This document shows positions 9,920 through 19,449 of a DNA stretch of 64,000 nt, in pieces. Source of the DNA: a virus. Lineage: Duplodnaviria; Caudoviricetes. The notes under the pieces are model-generated. The model worked only from the letters and a program-made list of their open reading frames with translations. It searched no databases and had not been told where the DNA came from. The DNA is taken from IMG/VR virus record IMGVR_UViG_2517572207_000003. One strand, 5' to 3'. The position numbers and the translations under genes were made by a program. Each line of letters starts with the position of its first letter. The first letter of the stretch is position 1.

Positions 9920-10291
9920 TCCTAGCTACGGCTGTAAGCTCCGCTTTGCTTAATCCGGACTTGTTGGACTCATAATCCATAACCGGCGGCAGATCGAAAG
10001 CCGCGATGCCTCCGACTGAATTAATGGCGCTCACAAAGTTTGCAGCTTCCTTTCGGGCATCCTCTGGCGTTTTCGCAGAATCGTCTAAACAGTGATAGGC
10101 CCCGATCAGGACTCCGACAGCTCGTGCAGCCTGTGATTACCGATGAATGTTTTGTCGCGGTATGACTTACCCTGACTGGCCTTAAGAAAGGCAAAGGAAA
10201 TGCCGCTTGCCTTGACCGCCTTCCAAACAATCTTTCCTTGATAACGGGATACGTCTATTCCTTAGGCATTACCTTTTTTCCTTGCTTGCAT
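9920..10291 (-). pseudogene. GH25 lysozyme-type endolysin fragment
   Basis: GIDVSRYQGKI.WKAVKASGISFAFLKASQG...GAYH...PPVMDYE with internal stop and frameshift. Confidence 0.75.
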
Positions 10292-10772
10292 CTTCCCTGT
10301 CCCCTTCCTGACTTCCGCTTTTACTTTTTAGAACCTCAACCGCTTGTCGGATCACTGGTGGTATTGGCGCTCCAAGCCTGCCCCCGTTTTCCAGAATCGA
10401 AAGCAGCTCATTTGCCATATAAAAATAGGCGACCACATCCCGGAATAGGTGCGAATCGCCTAAGACTCCATCAATCAGATGGGATACTGATACCATTGCA
10501 AAAATAAATACCTTTCGAGCGATACCGATAAGACCAATCTTGCTTTTTAAACCGGGCCCGGTTCCCTTCTTACCTTCTACGCCAGCGGTAAATAATCCAG
10601 TCACATAATCAATAATGACCAGAGCAAGTAACACCCCCAATACTCCCGACCACCCACCGTAAAAATACGTCACAGCGCTGCTTCCTAAAGCAGTACTGAA
10701 CTTAAAAACCTCCCACTTATCCACCTTGCTTCCCCCGTCTCTCCGTTCAGGAAACTTTTCCTGAGCTATCAT
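10269..10772 (-). CDS. phage holin (toxin secretion/phage lysis holin family); near-identical to 33430..33927
   Basis: IIDYVTG, RKVFIF, ANELLSILEN motifs; likely start GTG (VDKWE). Confidence 0.88.
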   Translation of the reverse strand: MIAQEKFPERRDGGSKVDKWEVFKFSTALGSSAVTYFYGGWSGVLGVLLALVIIDYVTGLFTAGVEGKKGTGPGLKSKIGLIGIARKVFIFAMVSVSHLIDGVLGDSHLFRDVVAYFYMANELLSILENGGRLGAPIPPVIRQAVEVLKSKSGSQEGDREDASKEKR

Positions 10773-10968
10773 CGTCTACTTTCTGTTCCTTTTCTTCCTG
10801 GGCCTGTATCTCTGCTAATGCATTTCCTACTGCTATATCCAACCCCTCAAGTATTTCTTTACGTTTATGTGGCTGTGAAGCAATTACAGCAGAAATGATC
10901 TCAGTTAAATCCTCAACAGGTCTGGTTAGATCCAGTTGTATGTCCAATGTGGATTTTATCTTTGCCAT
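10747..10968 (-). CDS. phage hypothetical protein (homolog of 33902..34123)
   Basis: MAKIKSTLDIQLDLTRP near-identical. Confidence 0.8.
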   Translation of the reverse strand: MAKIKSTLDIQLDLTRPVEDLTEIISAVIASQPHKRKEILEGLDIAVGNALAEIQAQEEKEQKVDDDSSGKVS

Positions 10969-11121
10969 GGGTTTCGTCACCCCCTCAAGACGCAAAATAA
11001 GCCCCTGATTTATCAGAGGCTTTCATACCTATATCTTAAATTGGTTTTATTACTATAACGGTGCGGATTTTAAACAGAAATATTGCTCAGCAAAAATAAG
11101 GTTGTAGAGTGACTATACATC

Positions 11122-11149
11122 TTTAAGCTAACAGGAAGTAAAGTTCCAA
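11122..11149 (+). repeat. palindromic cassette-boundary site 3
   Basis: TTTAAGCTAAC-AGGAAG-TAAAGTTCCAA. Confidence 0.55.
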
Positions 11150-11205
11150 TTATGGTAATATGGAGGATGACCAAATCTTCTGTTTGAGTTAGGAGCGAGT
11201 TACCT

Positions 11206-11322
11206 ATGGATCTACTCATAATTATTTTAGTGATCGGTTTTATAACCATAGTAAGTTATCTCAGGGCAATTCATATTTCTCTTCAACGAATTATAGAATA
11301 TAAAGGTAAAGAAAATGACTAG
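11206..11322 (+). CDS. 38-aa small membrane protein
   Basis: RBS AGGAG; MDLLIIILVIGFITIVSYLRAIHISLQRIIEYKGKEND. Confidence 0.5.
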   Translation: MDLLIIILVIGFITIVSYLRAIHISLQRIIEYKGKEND

Positions 11323-11419
11323 CTATTTTCAAATATACCCAGTTTCAATATTTTGTAATATATTGGCGTATAGCTACATTATAACTATTCGACTGTCTTA
11401 ACTTAGGAGGTTCTAAAGA

Positions 11420-12058
11420 ATGCCTTATCCAATGGTCCATTTTGCTATAGCTTTAGAACTTTGCTCGCGTACTCCATCTTCTAGTTTCTTAATTGGGAGT
11501 ATTGCTCCAGATGCTGTCCATGTAAGGGGAGATGTGACAAGAAGCGAAAAGGGTATTACACATTTTGTTTGTGAAGATAGATTCCCTAGTAGTGAGGTAC
11601 TTAAGGAAAGATGCCAGTATTATTTAAACCTTAATGTTGAGACTAACTGGACAGATTACATACTAGGGTATTTTGCCCATATCTATGCGGACATAAGATG
11701 GACGGAAACAGTCTATTCGAATTTTGAACGTGAGTATCAAGGAGAAAAAGATGAAATAAGAAAAATCTATAATATGGAAGCAAACCAAGTAGAATTTAAT
11801 TTAATCAAAAGAGAAGAATGGGCAGAAGATGTTCTCAACAAGCTCTATGTAGGAAATGCCTATAGTATTGAACCATTGTTAACACAAATTGAAGTAAATC
11901 AGTACCGAGATATAAAACTACAATGGCTACGTAATAAGAACAATGAACCCCAGATAACCCCAATTTATTTAAAGGTAGATGTGGTTAAGAGTTTTGTTAC
12001 AAAGACATCGCATGAACTTAACGACTTATATAAAGAATGGGGAATCGAGTCTCTATAA
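11420..12058 (+). CDS. zinc-dependent phospholipase C-like family protein
   Basis: MPYPMVH, GSIAPDA, THF, LGYFAHIYAD metal-ligand motifs. Confidence 0.75.
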   Translation: MPYPMVHFAIALELCSRTPSSSFLIGSIAPDAVHVRGDVTRSEKGITHFVCEDRFPSSEVLKERCQYYLNLNVETNWTDYILGYFAHIYADIRWTETVYSNFEREYQGEKDEIRKIYNMEANQVEFNLIKREEWAEDVLNKLYVGNAYSIEPLLTQIEVNQYRDIKLQWLRNKNNEPQITPIYLKVDVVKSFVTKTSHELNDLYKEWGIESL

Positions 12059-12068
12059 GTAAGACTTG

Positions 12069-12097
12069 TTTAAGCTATCGTGACACAGCAGTTTAAT
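12069..12097 (+). repeat. palindromic cassette-boundary site 4
   Basis: TTTAAGCTATC-GTGACAC-AGCAGTTTAAT, 11 bp after the stop codon. Confidence 0.6.
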
Positions 12098-12245
12098 ATC
12101 ACACATCGTTGAGCAGGCACATAAGTCTGCTCTTTGGGTATTAGACACTAATTTGATTATTTTTAAAATGGAGTTGTTTATCATTTTAAAGCATTATAAG
12201 ATGGTTTCAGACATCGATGTACTTTAAAAAGAAAGAGAAGAAAAT

Positions 12246-12701
12246 ATGAAGGCTGAAATTGAAAAAATACCGTCTTGTAGAATTGCATACATGAGACAGA
12301 TTGGTCCGTATGGAATTGCAAATTCACAACTAATGGAGAAATTTAAATACTGGGTTGAATCGAATAAATTATTTAATAATAAGTCTATTATCCTCGGCAT
12401 TGTCCAAGATAATCCTGCATTTGTGAAGCCGGAAAATTGTCGCTACGATGCATGTTTGGTTATTCCTGATGGTTACTGTGTTAATACTGATGAAGTAAGT
12501 CTAAGCAATATTAGTGGAGGAAGATACGCTGTTTTTAAGATAAATCATACAGCAGAAGCTGTTCAAAAGGCTTGGGGCGAAATATTTCTAGAGTTGAAAA
12601 ACCAAAAGTTCAGATTAGATGAAACCAAACCTATCTTGGAGCGCTATACAATTGAACTTATTAATAATCATCGTTGCGAAATTTGCGTTCCGATTCAATA
12701 A
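12246..12701 (+). CDS. GyrI-like small-molecule-binding protein
   Basis: IAYMRQIGPYG, DNP...CRYDAC, GGRYAVF, PILERY. Confidence 0.85.
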   Translation: MKAEIEKIPSCRIAYMRQIGPYGIANSQLMEKFKYWVESNKLFNNKSIILGIVQDNPAFVKPENCRYDACLVIPDGYCVNTDEVSLSNISGGRYAVFKINHTAEAVQKAWGEIFLELKNQKFRLDETKPILERYTIELINNHRCEICVPIQ

Positions 12702-12789
12702 ACGTGTTAAGATACCTATTATTAAAGGTAGTCTAATACTAATCCCTCTCATAAAAGTAAAAGCCCTCTGTTTAAGAGGGCTTTTTGTC

Positions 12790-13660
12790 ACGGTGACGGT
12801 TTTTTCAATGCGCTCAATAAGTTTTTGATCGTCGCCTGCCGCACCTATTCTTCTATCGATGTCAGTCAATGACTTTTCAGATTTTGTAATATCATTATTA
12901 AGTATTTCGATCAATTCCTCCACAGTCCCAGAGTGCTTTACAATTAGTTCCTTGGACCAATTGGTATGTGGGTTATTCTTCAAAGCCATTGCTTGTGACT
13001 GCTCTTCAACAACCACATATGAAGAAGGGGTTCCTGTTGTAATTTCAATAGTTTTCCCCTTCACCGCTAGGTTCGTCCCCAAAGATTCTGAAATCGGGCG
13101 CAAAGGTACATACGCTGTACCATCGACGGCAATAGCGTTTTCAAACAATGTTGTTCCATTTACGCTCACATTTTATTCCCCTAAAACCATCTTTCCAACT
13201 AGTGGAAATTTCTTGGTGATGGATCAAATGTAGCGTTCACAATTACATCATCGTACATATCACCTCTTAGTGAAGCAACATCGTTTCTCAACTCTCTGAT
13301 TGTTTCCCCGAGATTTTCAATAAAATCTTCAACTCCGAGCTTAAGCCCACTTACAGTAGCTTTAGTAAAATTAACCTCATTTTGAAAATAAACCATATTA
13401 TCCGTAGATTTTAATATATCCCCCACCCATATTATCTACATGAAATGAATTCAAGTCCCCAAAAATACGCCTACCCTCTTTTGCTGTACAGAATAAGGCA
13501 CCTGTAATAATACCGCCCTCTATCTCATTACCAATTAACTTACTGGCTCTAATAATCATCTTGGGCCCGTATCGCTGCTAATGCATTTCCTATCCTATAT
13601 CCAAACCTTAAGTATTTCTTTCCGGCGTGCTGGTTGCGAAGCAATGATAGCAGAAGATAG
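12790..13660 (-). pseudogene. remnants of prophage tail-region genes (homologs of 34444..35064, the 3' end of 35126..37288, and 33902..34123)
   Basis: VNGTTLFENAIAVDG, IVNATFDP.RN and nucleotide identity to 33966-34048. Confidence 0.7.
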
Positions 13661-13717
13661 TTGAAAAACAGTAATCAATCTAAGGAGCATGTCGACCTAC
13701 GCGAGGCTTCATCCTAA

Positions 13718-13745
13718 ATGAAACTAACGCAGGTTGTAGTTAAAT
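13718..13745 (+). repeat. palindromic cassette-boundary site 5 (overlaps the -35 of the lsa promoter)
   Basis: ATGAAACTAAC-GCAGGT-TGTAGTTAAAT. Confidence 0.65.
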
Positions 13746-14000
13746 TACTATTGTGATAAACTGGATGTAATTTGATGATGGGAGTTGAACGGATACATGT
13801 AGAACTTTCTTGCTTCGAGATCACGAAAAGAACGGACTCAGCGATTGGCTAGGGTCGTTTTATTTCGTCTCTGCAAGAAAGGTCTGCGTTTCGTTTGCGC
13901 TCCCTCTCCGGACAGTCATATGGCCCCCTTGTAATGGGGTCTTATTTCCTCGTATGGATTAGAGCCGCAAGAAAGCACCTTTCTTGCGGCTCTTTTTTAT
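13734..14000 (+). promoter_or_regulatory. sigmaA promoter and transcription attenuator leader of the ABC-F gene
   Basis: TTGTAG-17-TAAACT with extended TG; CTTTCTTGC (13805-13) / GCAAGAAAG (13873-81) alternative pairing; terminator 13961-13999. Confidence 0.75.
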
Positions 14001-14023
14001 TTCCAAACGAAAGGATGATTGCC

Positions 14024-15511
14024 ATGCCCGCCATTCAGGTAACCAATCTTACTTTTGCCTATCCAGGCAGCTATGACCCTATATTCGAAAATGTTCATTT
14101 TCAAATTGATACAGACTGGAAGTTGGGCTTTACAGGACGAAACGGTCGGGGTAAAACGACGTTCTTAAACCTGCTGCAGGGGAAGTACGAATACAGCGGT
14201 ACGATCTCCACACCAGTCGCCTTTGATTATTTTCCGTTTCCCGTCGAACATCCGGAGTATTTGACTTTAGATGTCGTCGAAGAGATCGTGCCAAGCTATG
14301 AGAACTGGAAGCTGATGCGTGAACTGAACCTGCTTAAGGTTTCAGAAGACGTGTTGTACCGACCATTCGAATCGCTGTCCCAAGGAGAACAGACGAAGGT
14401 ATTGCTGGCTGTGCTATTCATCCAAGACAATCGATTTCTGCTCATCGACGAGCCGACCAATCATCTCGATTTGCACGCACGCAAGCTTGTCGCCGATTAT
14501 CTGAATACGAAGCGTGGTTTTATTCTTGTTTCACACGACCGTGCTTTTCTCGACCGCTGCGTGGATCATATTCTGTCGATCAACAAAACGAATATTGAAA
14601 TCCAAAAAGGCAACTTCTCCAGCTGGTGGACGAACAAAACTCGCCAGGATACATTCGAAATGGCACAAAACGAAAAGCTGTACAAAGACATACAGCGTTT
14701 ATCAGCTTCCGCTAAACGTACTAGTAGCTGGTCTTTCGAGACCGAAAAATCGAAAAACGGCACACGAAATTCCGGTTCCAAACTTGACAAGGGGTACGTC
14801 GGACATAAGGCAGCCAAAATGATGAAACGCTCAAAATCCATCGAACAGCGGCAACACACTGCTTTAGAGGAAAAATCGAAACTGCTCCGAAATATCGAAC
14901 AGTCAGAAAGCCTTGCGATCTCTCAGCTCGTGTATCCCAAATCGGAATTGGCGATACTGGATCATGTTACGATTTACTACGGGGAAAGAGCAGTATGCAA
15001 GAACGTTAGTCTGATGATTGAACCAGGAGATCGGATTGCAATTTCAGGTCCAAATGGTTCAGGTAAGTCTAGCTTGCTTCACCTGCTCAACGCTGAGGAG
15101 CTATACTATACAGGTACGTTTCAACGGGATCCGCAGCTTCGCGTTTCCTATGTATCCCAGAATACTTCTGATTTGCGAGGTACGCTTTCCGATTATGCAG
15201 CAGAGCACAGAATTGACGAAAGCTTATTTAAAGCCGTGTTGCGTAAGCTAGATTTCGCCCGCATCCAGTTTGAGAAGGATATATCGGCGTTTAGCGGCGG
15301 GCAGAAGAAGAAAGTTCTGATCGCGAGAAGCCTATGTGAGGAGGCTCATCTGCATATTTGGGACGAACCGCTCAACTTTGTTGACGTGATTTCCCGGATG
15401 CAAATTGAGGAGCTGCTGCTTGAATACACGCCCACCATTGTATTCGTAGAGCATGATCGGGAATTTCATGACCGGGTCGCCACGAAAACGATTGAACTCG
15501 GTGGGGATTAG
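14024..15511 (+). CDS. lsa: Lsa-family ABC-F ribosomal protection protein
   Basis: two ABC domains without TM; TFAYPGSYD.IF...DTDWKLG..GRNGRGKTT and DKGYVGHKAAKMMKR signatures; 495 aa from ATG 14024. Confidence 0.88.
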   Translation: MPAIQVTNLTFAYPGSYDPIFENVHFQIDTDWKLGFTGRNGRGKTTFLNLLQGKYEYSGTISTPVAFDYFPFPVEHPEYLTLDVVEEIVPSYENWKLMRELNLLKVSEDVLYRPFESLSQGEQTKVLLAVLFIQDNRFLLIDEPTNHLDLHARKLVADYLNTKRGFILVSHDRAFLDRCVDHILSINKTNIEIQKGNFSSWWTNKTRQDTFEMAQNEKLYKDIQRLSASAKRTSSWSFETEKSKNGTRNSGSKLDKGYVGHKAAKMMKRSKSIEQRQHTALEEKSKLLRNIEQSESLAISQLVYPKSELAILDHVTIYYGERAVCKNVSLMIEPGDRIAISGPNGSGKSSLLHLLNAEELYYTGTFQRDPQLRVSYVSQNTSDLRGTLSDYAAEHRIDESLFKAVLRKLDFARIQFEKDISAFSGGQKKKVLIARSLCEEAHLHIWDEPLNFVDVISRMQIEELLLEYTPTIVFVEHDREFHDRVATKTIELGGD

Positions 15512-15592
15512 AATTTTACAAATTGAATTGGATTAAGACATGATTTCAACGATAGAAAGCTTTGTTCAACAACTTTTATGAAAAGGAAAAAG

Positions 15593-15621
15593 ATTGAACT
15601 AAAGGCACACGATAGTTCAAT
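15593..15621 (+). repeat. palindromic cassette-boundary site 6
   Basis: ATTGAACTAAA-GGCACAC-GATAGTTCAAT. Confidence 0.8.
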
Positions 15622-15819
15622 CGAACATCGGCAGTCTAGGATTTTATTTTTTCGTCCATGGCTGCCGATGGTTTTATTGAAGACAGTTTAATAGTTATCT
15701 CACTAAGACTAAGAAGCTTATATTATTTTACAGTGGGTTTTGCTTCTTCTACTCTACTCTCACTGTCCATTATGGGAAATTCCGCTTCAAATGCTATTGC
15801 AAAACGGACAACAGGATCA

Positions 15820-16146
15820 ATAAAATTTGATCAAGGAAGTATAAGCCAACTTGTTTTAGCTGTTTGTGACTTTTACCAGCAACCAAGATTACAATGTCGC
15901 CAAAGTAATATAAGTTTGGTAATCCCCCAATTGAAAGAAAAAATATTGAGTGAGTTGAATTTGTATTTGCTTAAGAGTGTAGAAAACTTATATACAGATA
16001 TGGAGAAAGATTTATTCGTATCTATTTATGCGAACGTAATCTATGAGGCTGGTTATTTATGGGCTTCCGGAAAAGTAAAATTAAACAAAGAAGAAATAGC
16101 TAAGAAAATTTCGTTATTCGTATTAGGTGGGCAGAACTCTCTTTAA
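15820..16146 (+). pseudogene. probable TetR C-terminal fragment
   Basis: helical C-terminal pattern (YANVIYEAGYLW...EEIAKKI); no HTH or clear start. Confidence 0.4.
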
Positions 16147-16652
16147 TGCTGCTTTTGCTCACTTTCTTAATATTGCTCATCCTCCTCCCAACAGATAAGA
16201 AACAATAAAAAAACACAAGCAATTACGCTTGTGTTTTGATGCAGCCTATATCAGATCACTCTCAAAGAGACAAGACCCTGAAACTGTACCACGTAAGGCT
16301 TCAAGCTCATCCAGAGCTTTCTTTAAATCACCGTCCATCGCTCATATCCTATTTTCATTAAGCACATTCCCCTCTGTACAATTCATGATTACTTTAGAAT
16401 AATCCGCAAAAACGTTGCGCTTGCCATGCAGGTCCAGTCGCGAAACAGCCCCGGCAATTTCCGTAACTCACCGTGTGGAAAACGACACCCCCATTGAAAA
16501 GGATGCCTCAACACTATGAATAAAGTAACAAATTTCAGGATAAAAAATCATAGTTCCTAATGTCAGAAGAAGCCAAAGTATTAGACTGACCTTAGAAATT
16601 GAAACAGCGACAACTAAGACGAGGAAATAGGGTCCTTGATTGTCGCTATTGC

Positions 16653-16681
16653 ATTGAACTAACGTATCCCGTTAGTTCAAT
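16653..16681 (-). repeat. palindromic cassette-boundary site 7 (perfect arms)
   Basis: ATTGAACTAAC-GTATCCC-GTTAGTTCAAT. Confidence 0.85.
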
Positions 16682-16695
16682 GGATTAATATACAA

Positions 16696-17514
16696 CTAAA
16701 ATCCAAACTCTGTTACTCTTTCAAGCCACTCACGCATAAGTGACTCAAATAATAGAGTCTGTTCAATCTGAAGATTATGGCCTGCTCGATCTAGAACGGC
16801 AAAGGTTGCTCTAGGATAATTGTCTAAAATTCTAAAAGCATCTATGTAACCAACAACTGCATCTTGTCGCCCAAGAGTAAATACTGTTGGTTTATCGAAA
16901 ACTAATTCATCTATATTGGTGGAAAATCCATAGTTTCTTTGAATCTTGCTAAGAAAATCGTAGTCAGCGATCTTACAACCTGCCATGATCTCTTCTGAAT
17001 ACCTTTTCCAATTATATTCATTGAGAACGACTTGATTTGCGCTAAAATCACTTACTTGCTCTTCACTTAAGGTGTCCATAAACTCGCGATCACTATGAAC
17101 AACAAAATGCTCGGGAAGTATTCTTCTTTTGTGTTCAGGAATAATTAATGGGCAAATCAGTGCAGCCCCACCAATACGATCTTTATGTCTATTAATTATT
17201 CCTCTTGTAATATATCCACCGTATGATTCACCTGCTATGAGATAATCTTGGTTTGGGACAAGAGTTTCAATAAAATTTATAACTGCTTCTAGCATATCAT
17301 CTGAATTACATATTTGATCGTAATCCTTTGTTTGTCCCATTCCAGGCAGGTCAAGATAGATACGACGCCAATTGGAATTATCTTCAAATATCGGTTCCAT
17401 ACACCCACTCATTAACCGATGGTCTGGTGTAAAACCATGGATCATTATAATTGGTTTGCCTTTACCAATTTCCTCGTAATATATATTGGCATTCTTGACT
17501 TTACAATATGGCAT
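16696..17514 (-). CDS. alpha/beta hydrolase
   Basis: HGFTPD, DLPGMG, GESYGG nucleophile elbow, AGHNLQIE. Confidence 0.9.
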   Translation of the reverse strand: MPYCKVKNANIYYEEIGKGKPIIMIHGFTPDHRLMSGCMEPIFEDNSNWRRIYLDLPGMGQTKDYDQICNSDDMLEAVINFIETLVPNQDYLIAGESYGGYITRGIINRHKDRIGGAALICPLIIPEHKRRILPEHFVVHSDREFMDTLSEEQVSDFSANQVVLNEYNWKRYSEEIMAGCKIADYDFLSKIQRNYGFSTNIDELVFDKPTVFTLGRQDAVVGYIDAFRILDNYPRATFAVLDRAGHNLQIEQTLLFESLMREWLERVTEFGF

Positions 17515-17644
17515 ACAGACTCCTCCAAAATTGAGTTATTATTATAATATTCTTACACTAAAGAAGAATCTACATGTTTTATCAAGCAAACCAGATCTCC
17601 TTTCCGTTTCGTTTTGATTATATACGCATATATAATATATGTAA

Positions 17645-17658
17645 AGAACACTTGTTCC
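17645..17658. promoter_or_regulatory. putative LexA (Cheo) box
   Basis: AGAAC-ACTT-GTTCC. Confidence 0.5.
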
Positions 17659-17675
17659 CTATTCTTGTTTTCGGA

Positions 17676-17703
17676 GTTAAACTAACCTGCCCGTTACTTC
17701 AAT
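17676..17703 (-). repeat. palindromic cassette-boundary site 8
   Basis: GTTAAACTAAC-CTGCCC-GTTACTTCAAT. Confidence 0.8.
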
Positions 17704-17783
17704 GAAAAAAAGCAGCCCCTCATGAACTGCCCTACTGCTAGTCACTTCAACAATAGGATGAGTTCATACAAGGGCTACCCCAT

Positions 17784-18053
17784 TTACCAAGTAATCCAAC
17801 CGCTCGTTCGTTTGTAACTGTGCAGGATCTCGTATTCCTCACTACGCATCAGTCGTTTCATTTTTGTTCTATACAGCCGATAATCATCTTTTCTTGCTAC
17901 TTTACATTCTTTGTTGTAATGAACACTCTTGATTCCTTTACGGAAATCCTTAAGCTTCTCTTTTCTTGGATCTTTGGGCTTATTATTGATCTCCAGACTA
18001 CGCTGTTTCTCATCTTCCCAGGATTGAATCTCTTCCCGTGTAAACATCTTCAT
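17784..18053 (-). CDS. basic hypothetical protein
   Basis: ORF between sites 8 and 9; start uncertain. Confidence 0.55.
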   Translation of the reverse strand: MKMFTREEIQSWEDEKQRSLEINNKPKDPRKEKLKDFRKGIKSVHYNKECKVARKDDYRLYRTKMKRLMRSEEYEILHSYKRTSGWITW

Positions 18054-18176
18054 CCCCGTTGTGCCGGGTTAGATTTTGGCATTTGAAGCCATGACCTTAG
18101 ACACAACTAATAGAAGAAGATCTTCGGATTGAACATTAAATCACCTCTGAATTTATTCGCCCTTATTTTAACATAT

Positions 18177-18204
18177 TTATAACTATTCTTCCCGTTTTAC
18201 GCCT
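18177..18204 (-). repeat. degenerate cassette-boundary site 9
   Basis: TTATAACTATT-CTTCCC-GTT then diverges. Confidence 0.4.
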
Positions 18205-18320
18205 TCAATCAGTGTTTAGACAATCATTTTACATATTTGAAATTTGCAACTTTCCCCTCTAAACCTTCCTCATCCTGGTCCGTTCCTGTTTCACCATGAG
18301 CTCCCTTCTAAAGGGAGTCT

Positions 18321-19238
18321 TTATGCATAGGTATACTCCGGTCCCAATCGTTCGATAATTCGATCCAACTGTCTGGTTAGATAAGGCGAAACGTCACCAA
18401 TGCCAGACACTGCTTCTAACAAGGGAAAGGATTGCCCACCCCACGGGCCTTGTGGATCAAAGACTTGTCTACCGATTCGCAAGCCTTCTGTTTCCCTGAA
18501 GATGTTCAATCGTTCCAATCCTTCAATAAGCAGCCCGACCGGCAGCGTTTTGTTCCTACGTCGGGACCATTCTGCCAAGAAGGACATGCCACGTAATATA
18601 TCATATTCAAAAAACCTCGGAAAACAAGGCTTCAGCCATTCCATATCGATGACACTTCTATTTTGTTTAGAACATACAAGACGATGCTCAATTAAATAAC
18701 GTGCGCCTTCATCTAAGAAAACGACTTCCTGTTCAGTAAATTCACGGTCTGTATGCCATAAGATAGCTTCAAGCGGAGGAAGTGTCGAAACAATAGAGCT
18801 CTTTTTAGAATGAATATAAGCTTCAGGATCGCAGTTCAGTCCGCCATCAGGTAACTGATGCTTTAAGAGCCATTCGCGAATCCAAGGCAGTTCCTTGTCC
18901 AAATCACAGCCATACGCCATTAGAATCATATAGTATACGGCAAGTTCACAATGGCAGCAATCCATCTTCATCTTATCACTTTCACTTGTTGGATGGTCAT
19001 CGGGGAATATGATGAAGGTGGGCCAAACCTGAGTTTCGAGTAAATATTTTGCTCCAGTAATAGCAGACTCGGGAATTAGTTTCACCTCACCCATTTCATA
19101 AAGAGCAGCCATATGCCACCAAGCTCCATCCCATTTTCGACGGCTGCACTCGCCGTGAGTCATCCCCAAATGCGGAGTAGATTCAAGGAACTGTATAGAT
19201 TCTTCGATTGCTAAACGAATATTTTGATTTGCTTCCAT
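18321..19238 (-). CDS. hypothetical protein with prenyltransferase/squalene cyclase-like repeat
   Basis: WLLKHQLPDGGLNC QW-like motif; FPRFFEYDILRG. Confidence 0.7.
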   Translation of the reverse strand: MEANQNIRLAIEESIQFLESTPHLGMTHGECSRRKWDGAWWHMAALYEMGEVKLIPESAITGAKYLLETQVWPTFIIFPDDHPTSESDKMKMDCCHCELAVYYMILMAYGCDLDKELPWIREWLLKHQLPDGGLNCDPEAYIHSKKSSIVSTLPPLEAILWHTDREFTEQEVVFLDEGARYLIEHRLVCSKQNRSVIDMEWLKPCFPRFFEYDILRGMSFLAEWSRRRNKTLPVGLLIEGLERLNIFRETEGLRIGRQVFDPQGPWGGQSFPLLEAVSGIGDVSPYLTRQLDRIIERLGPEYTYA

Positions 19239-19333
19239 CTGGGTATCTCCTTTTTGATTACCTCTACTTCACACTTCAGTTAAGCAACGCCTCACCTCGT
19301 ATACCCTTCCACTCTTAAAAAATTCGATATGTT

Positions 19334-19361
19334 ATTAAACTATCCTGCCCGTTAGCTTAAT
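19334..19361 (-). repeat. palindromic cassette-boundary site 10
   Basis: ATTAAACTATC-CTGCCC-GTTAGCTTAAT. Confidence 0.8.
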
Positions 19362-19449
19362 GAGGCATCGTCAGAATATTACTTTATTTTTCAGTTTAGA
19401 ACTTTATTTTCTTCTGACACCTATAATAAAGACCGCAAAGGCTTAAGCC

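Larger units (their letters stand above)
6344..9920 (+). pseudogene. TIR-like (DUF1863/ThsB-type) gene split by a Tn554-like insertion and truncated at the 3' end
   Basis: 6344-6397 MALYNIFISHAWKYTEHY with RBS AAGGAG; continues at 9651 NKVVQWINEAQADGQLTWKNYSVLEHDP...IIILAGMYAAHSDWI. Confidence 0.75.

Noticed and set aside
9920-10240. GC-richer stretch first suspected to be a group II intron or ncRNA; ORFs 10021..10230 and 10238..10507
   Set aside because: Minus strand translates as a broken GH25 endolysin; the listed ORFs are off-frame or antisense
12715-12745. Possible boundary site after the GyrI-like gene
   Set aside because: Too degenerate to call
13895-14023. 43-aa N-terminal extension of the ABC-F ORF
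   Set aside because: Runs through the attenuator terminator; the RBS and Lsa-like N-terminus support ATG 14024
16653-16681. Chromosomal dif site or classical attC
   Set aside because: Many copies; arms unlike B. subtilis dif; too short for an attC and lacking its R/L box hairpin; no IntI seen
6486-19361. Palindromic repeats as a CRISPR array
   Set aside because: Spacing is 0.5-4 kb with whole genes between copies, the copies are degenerate, and there are no cas genes
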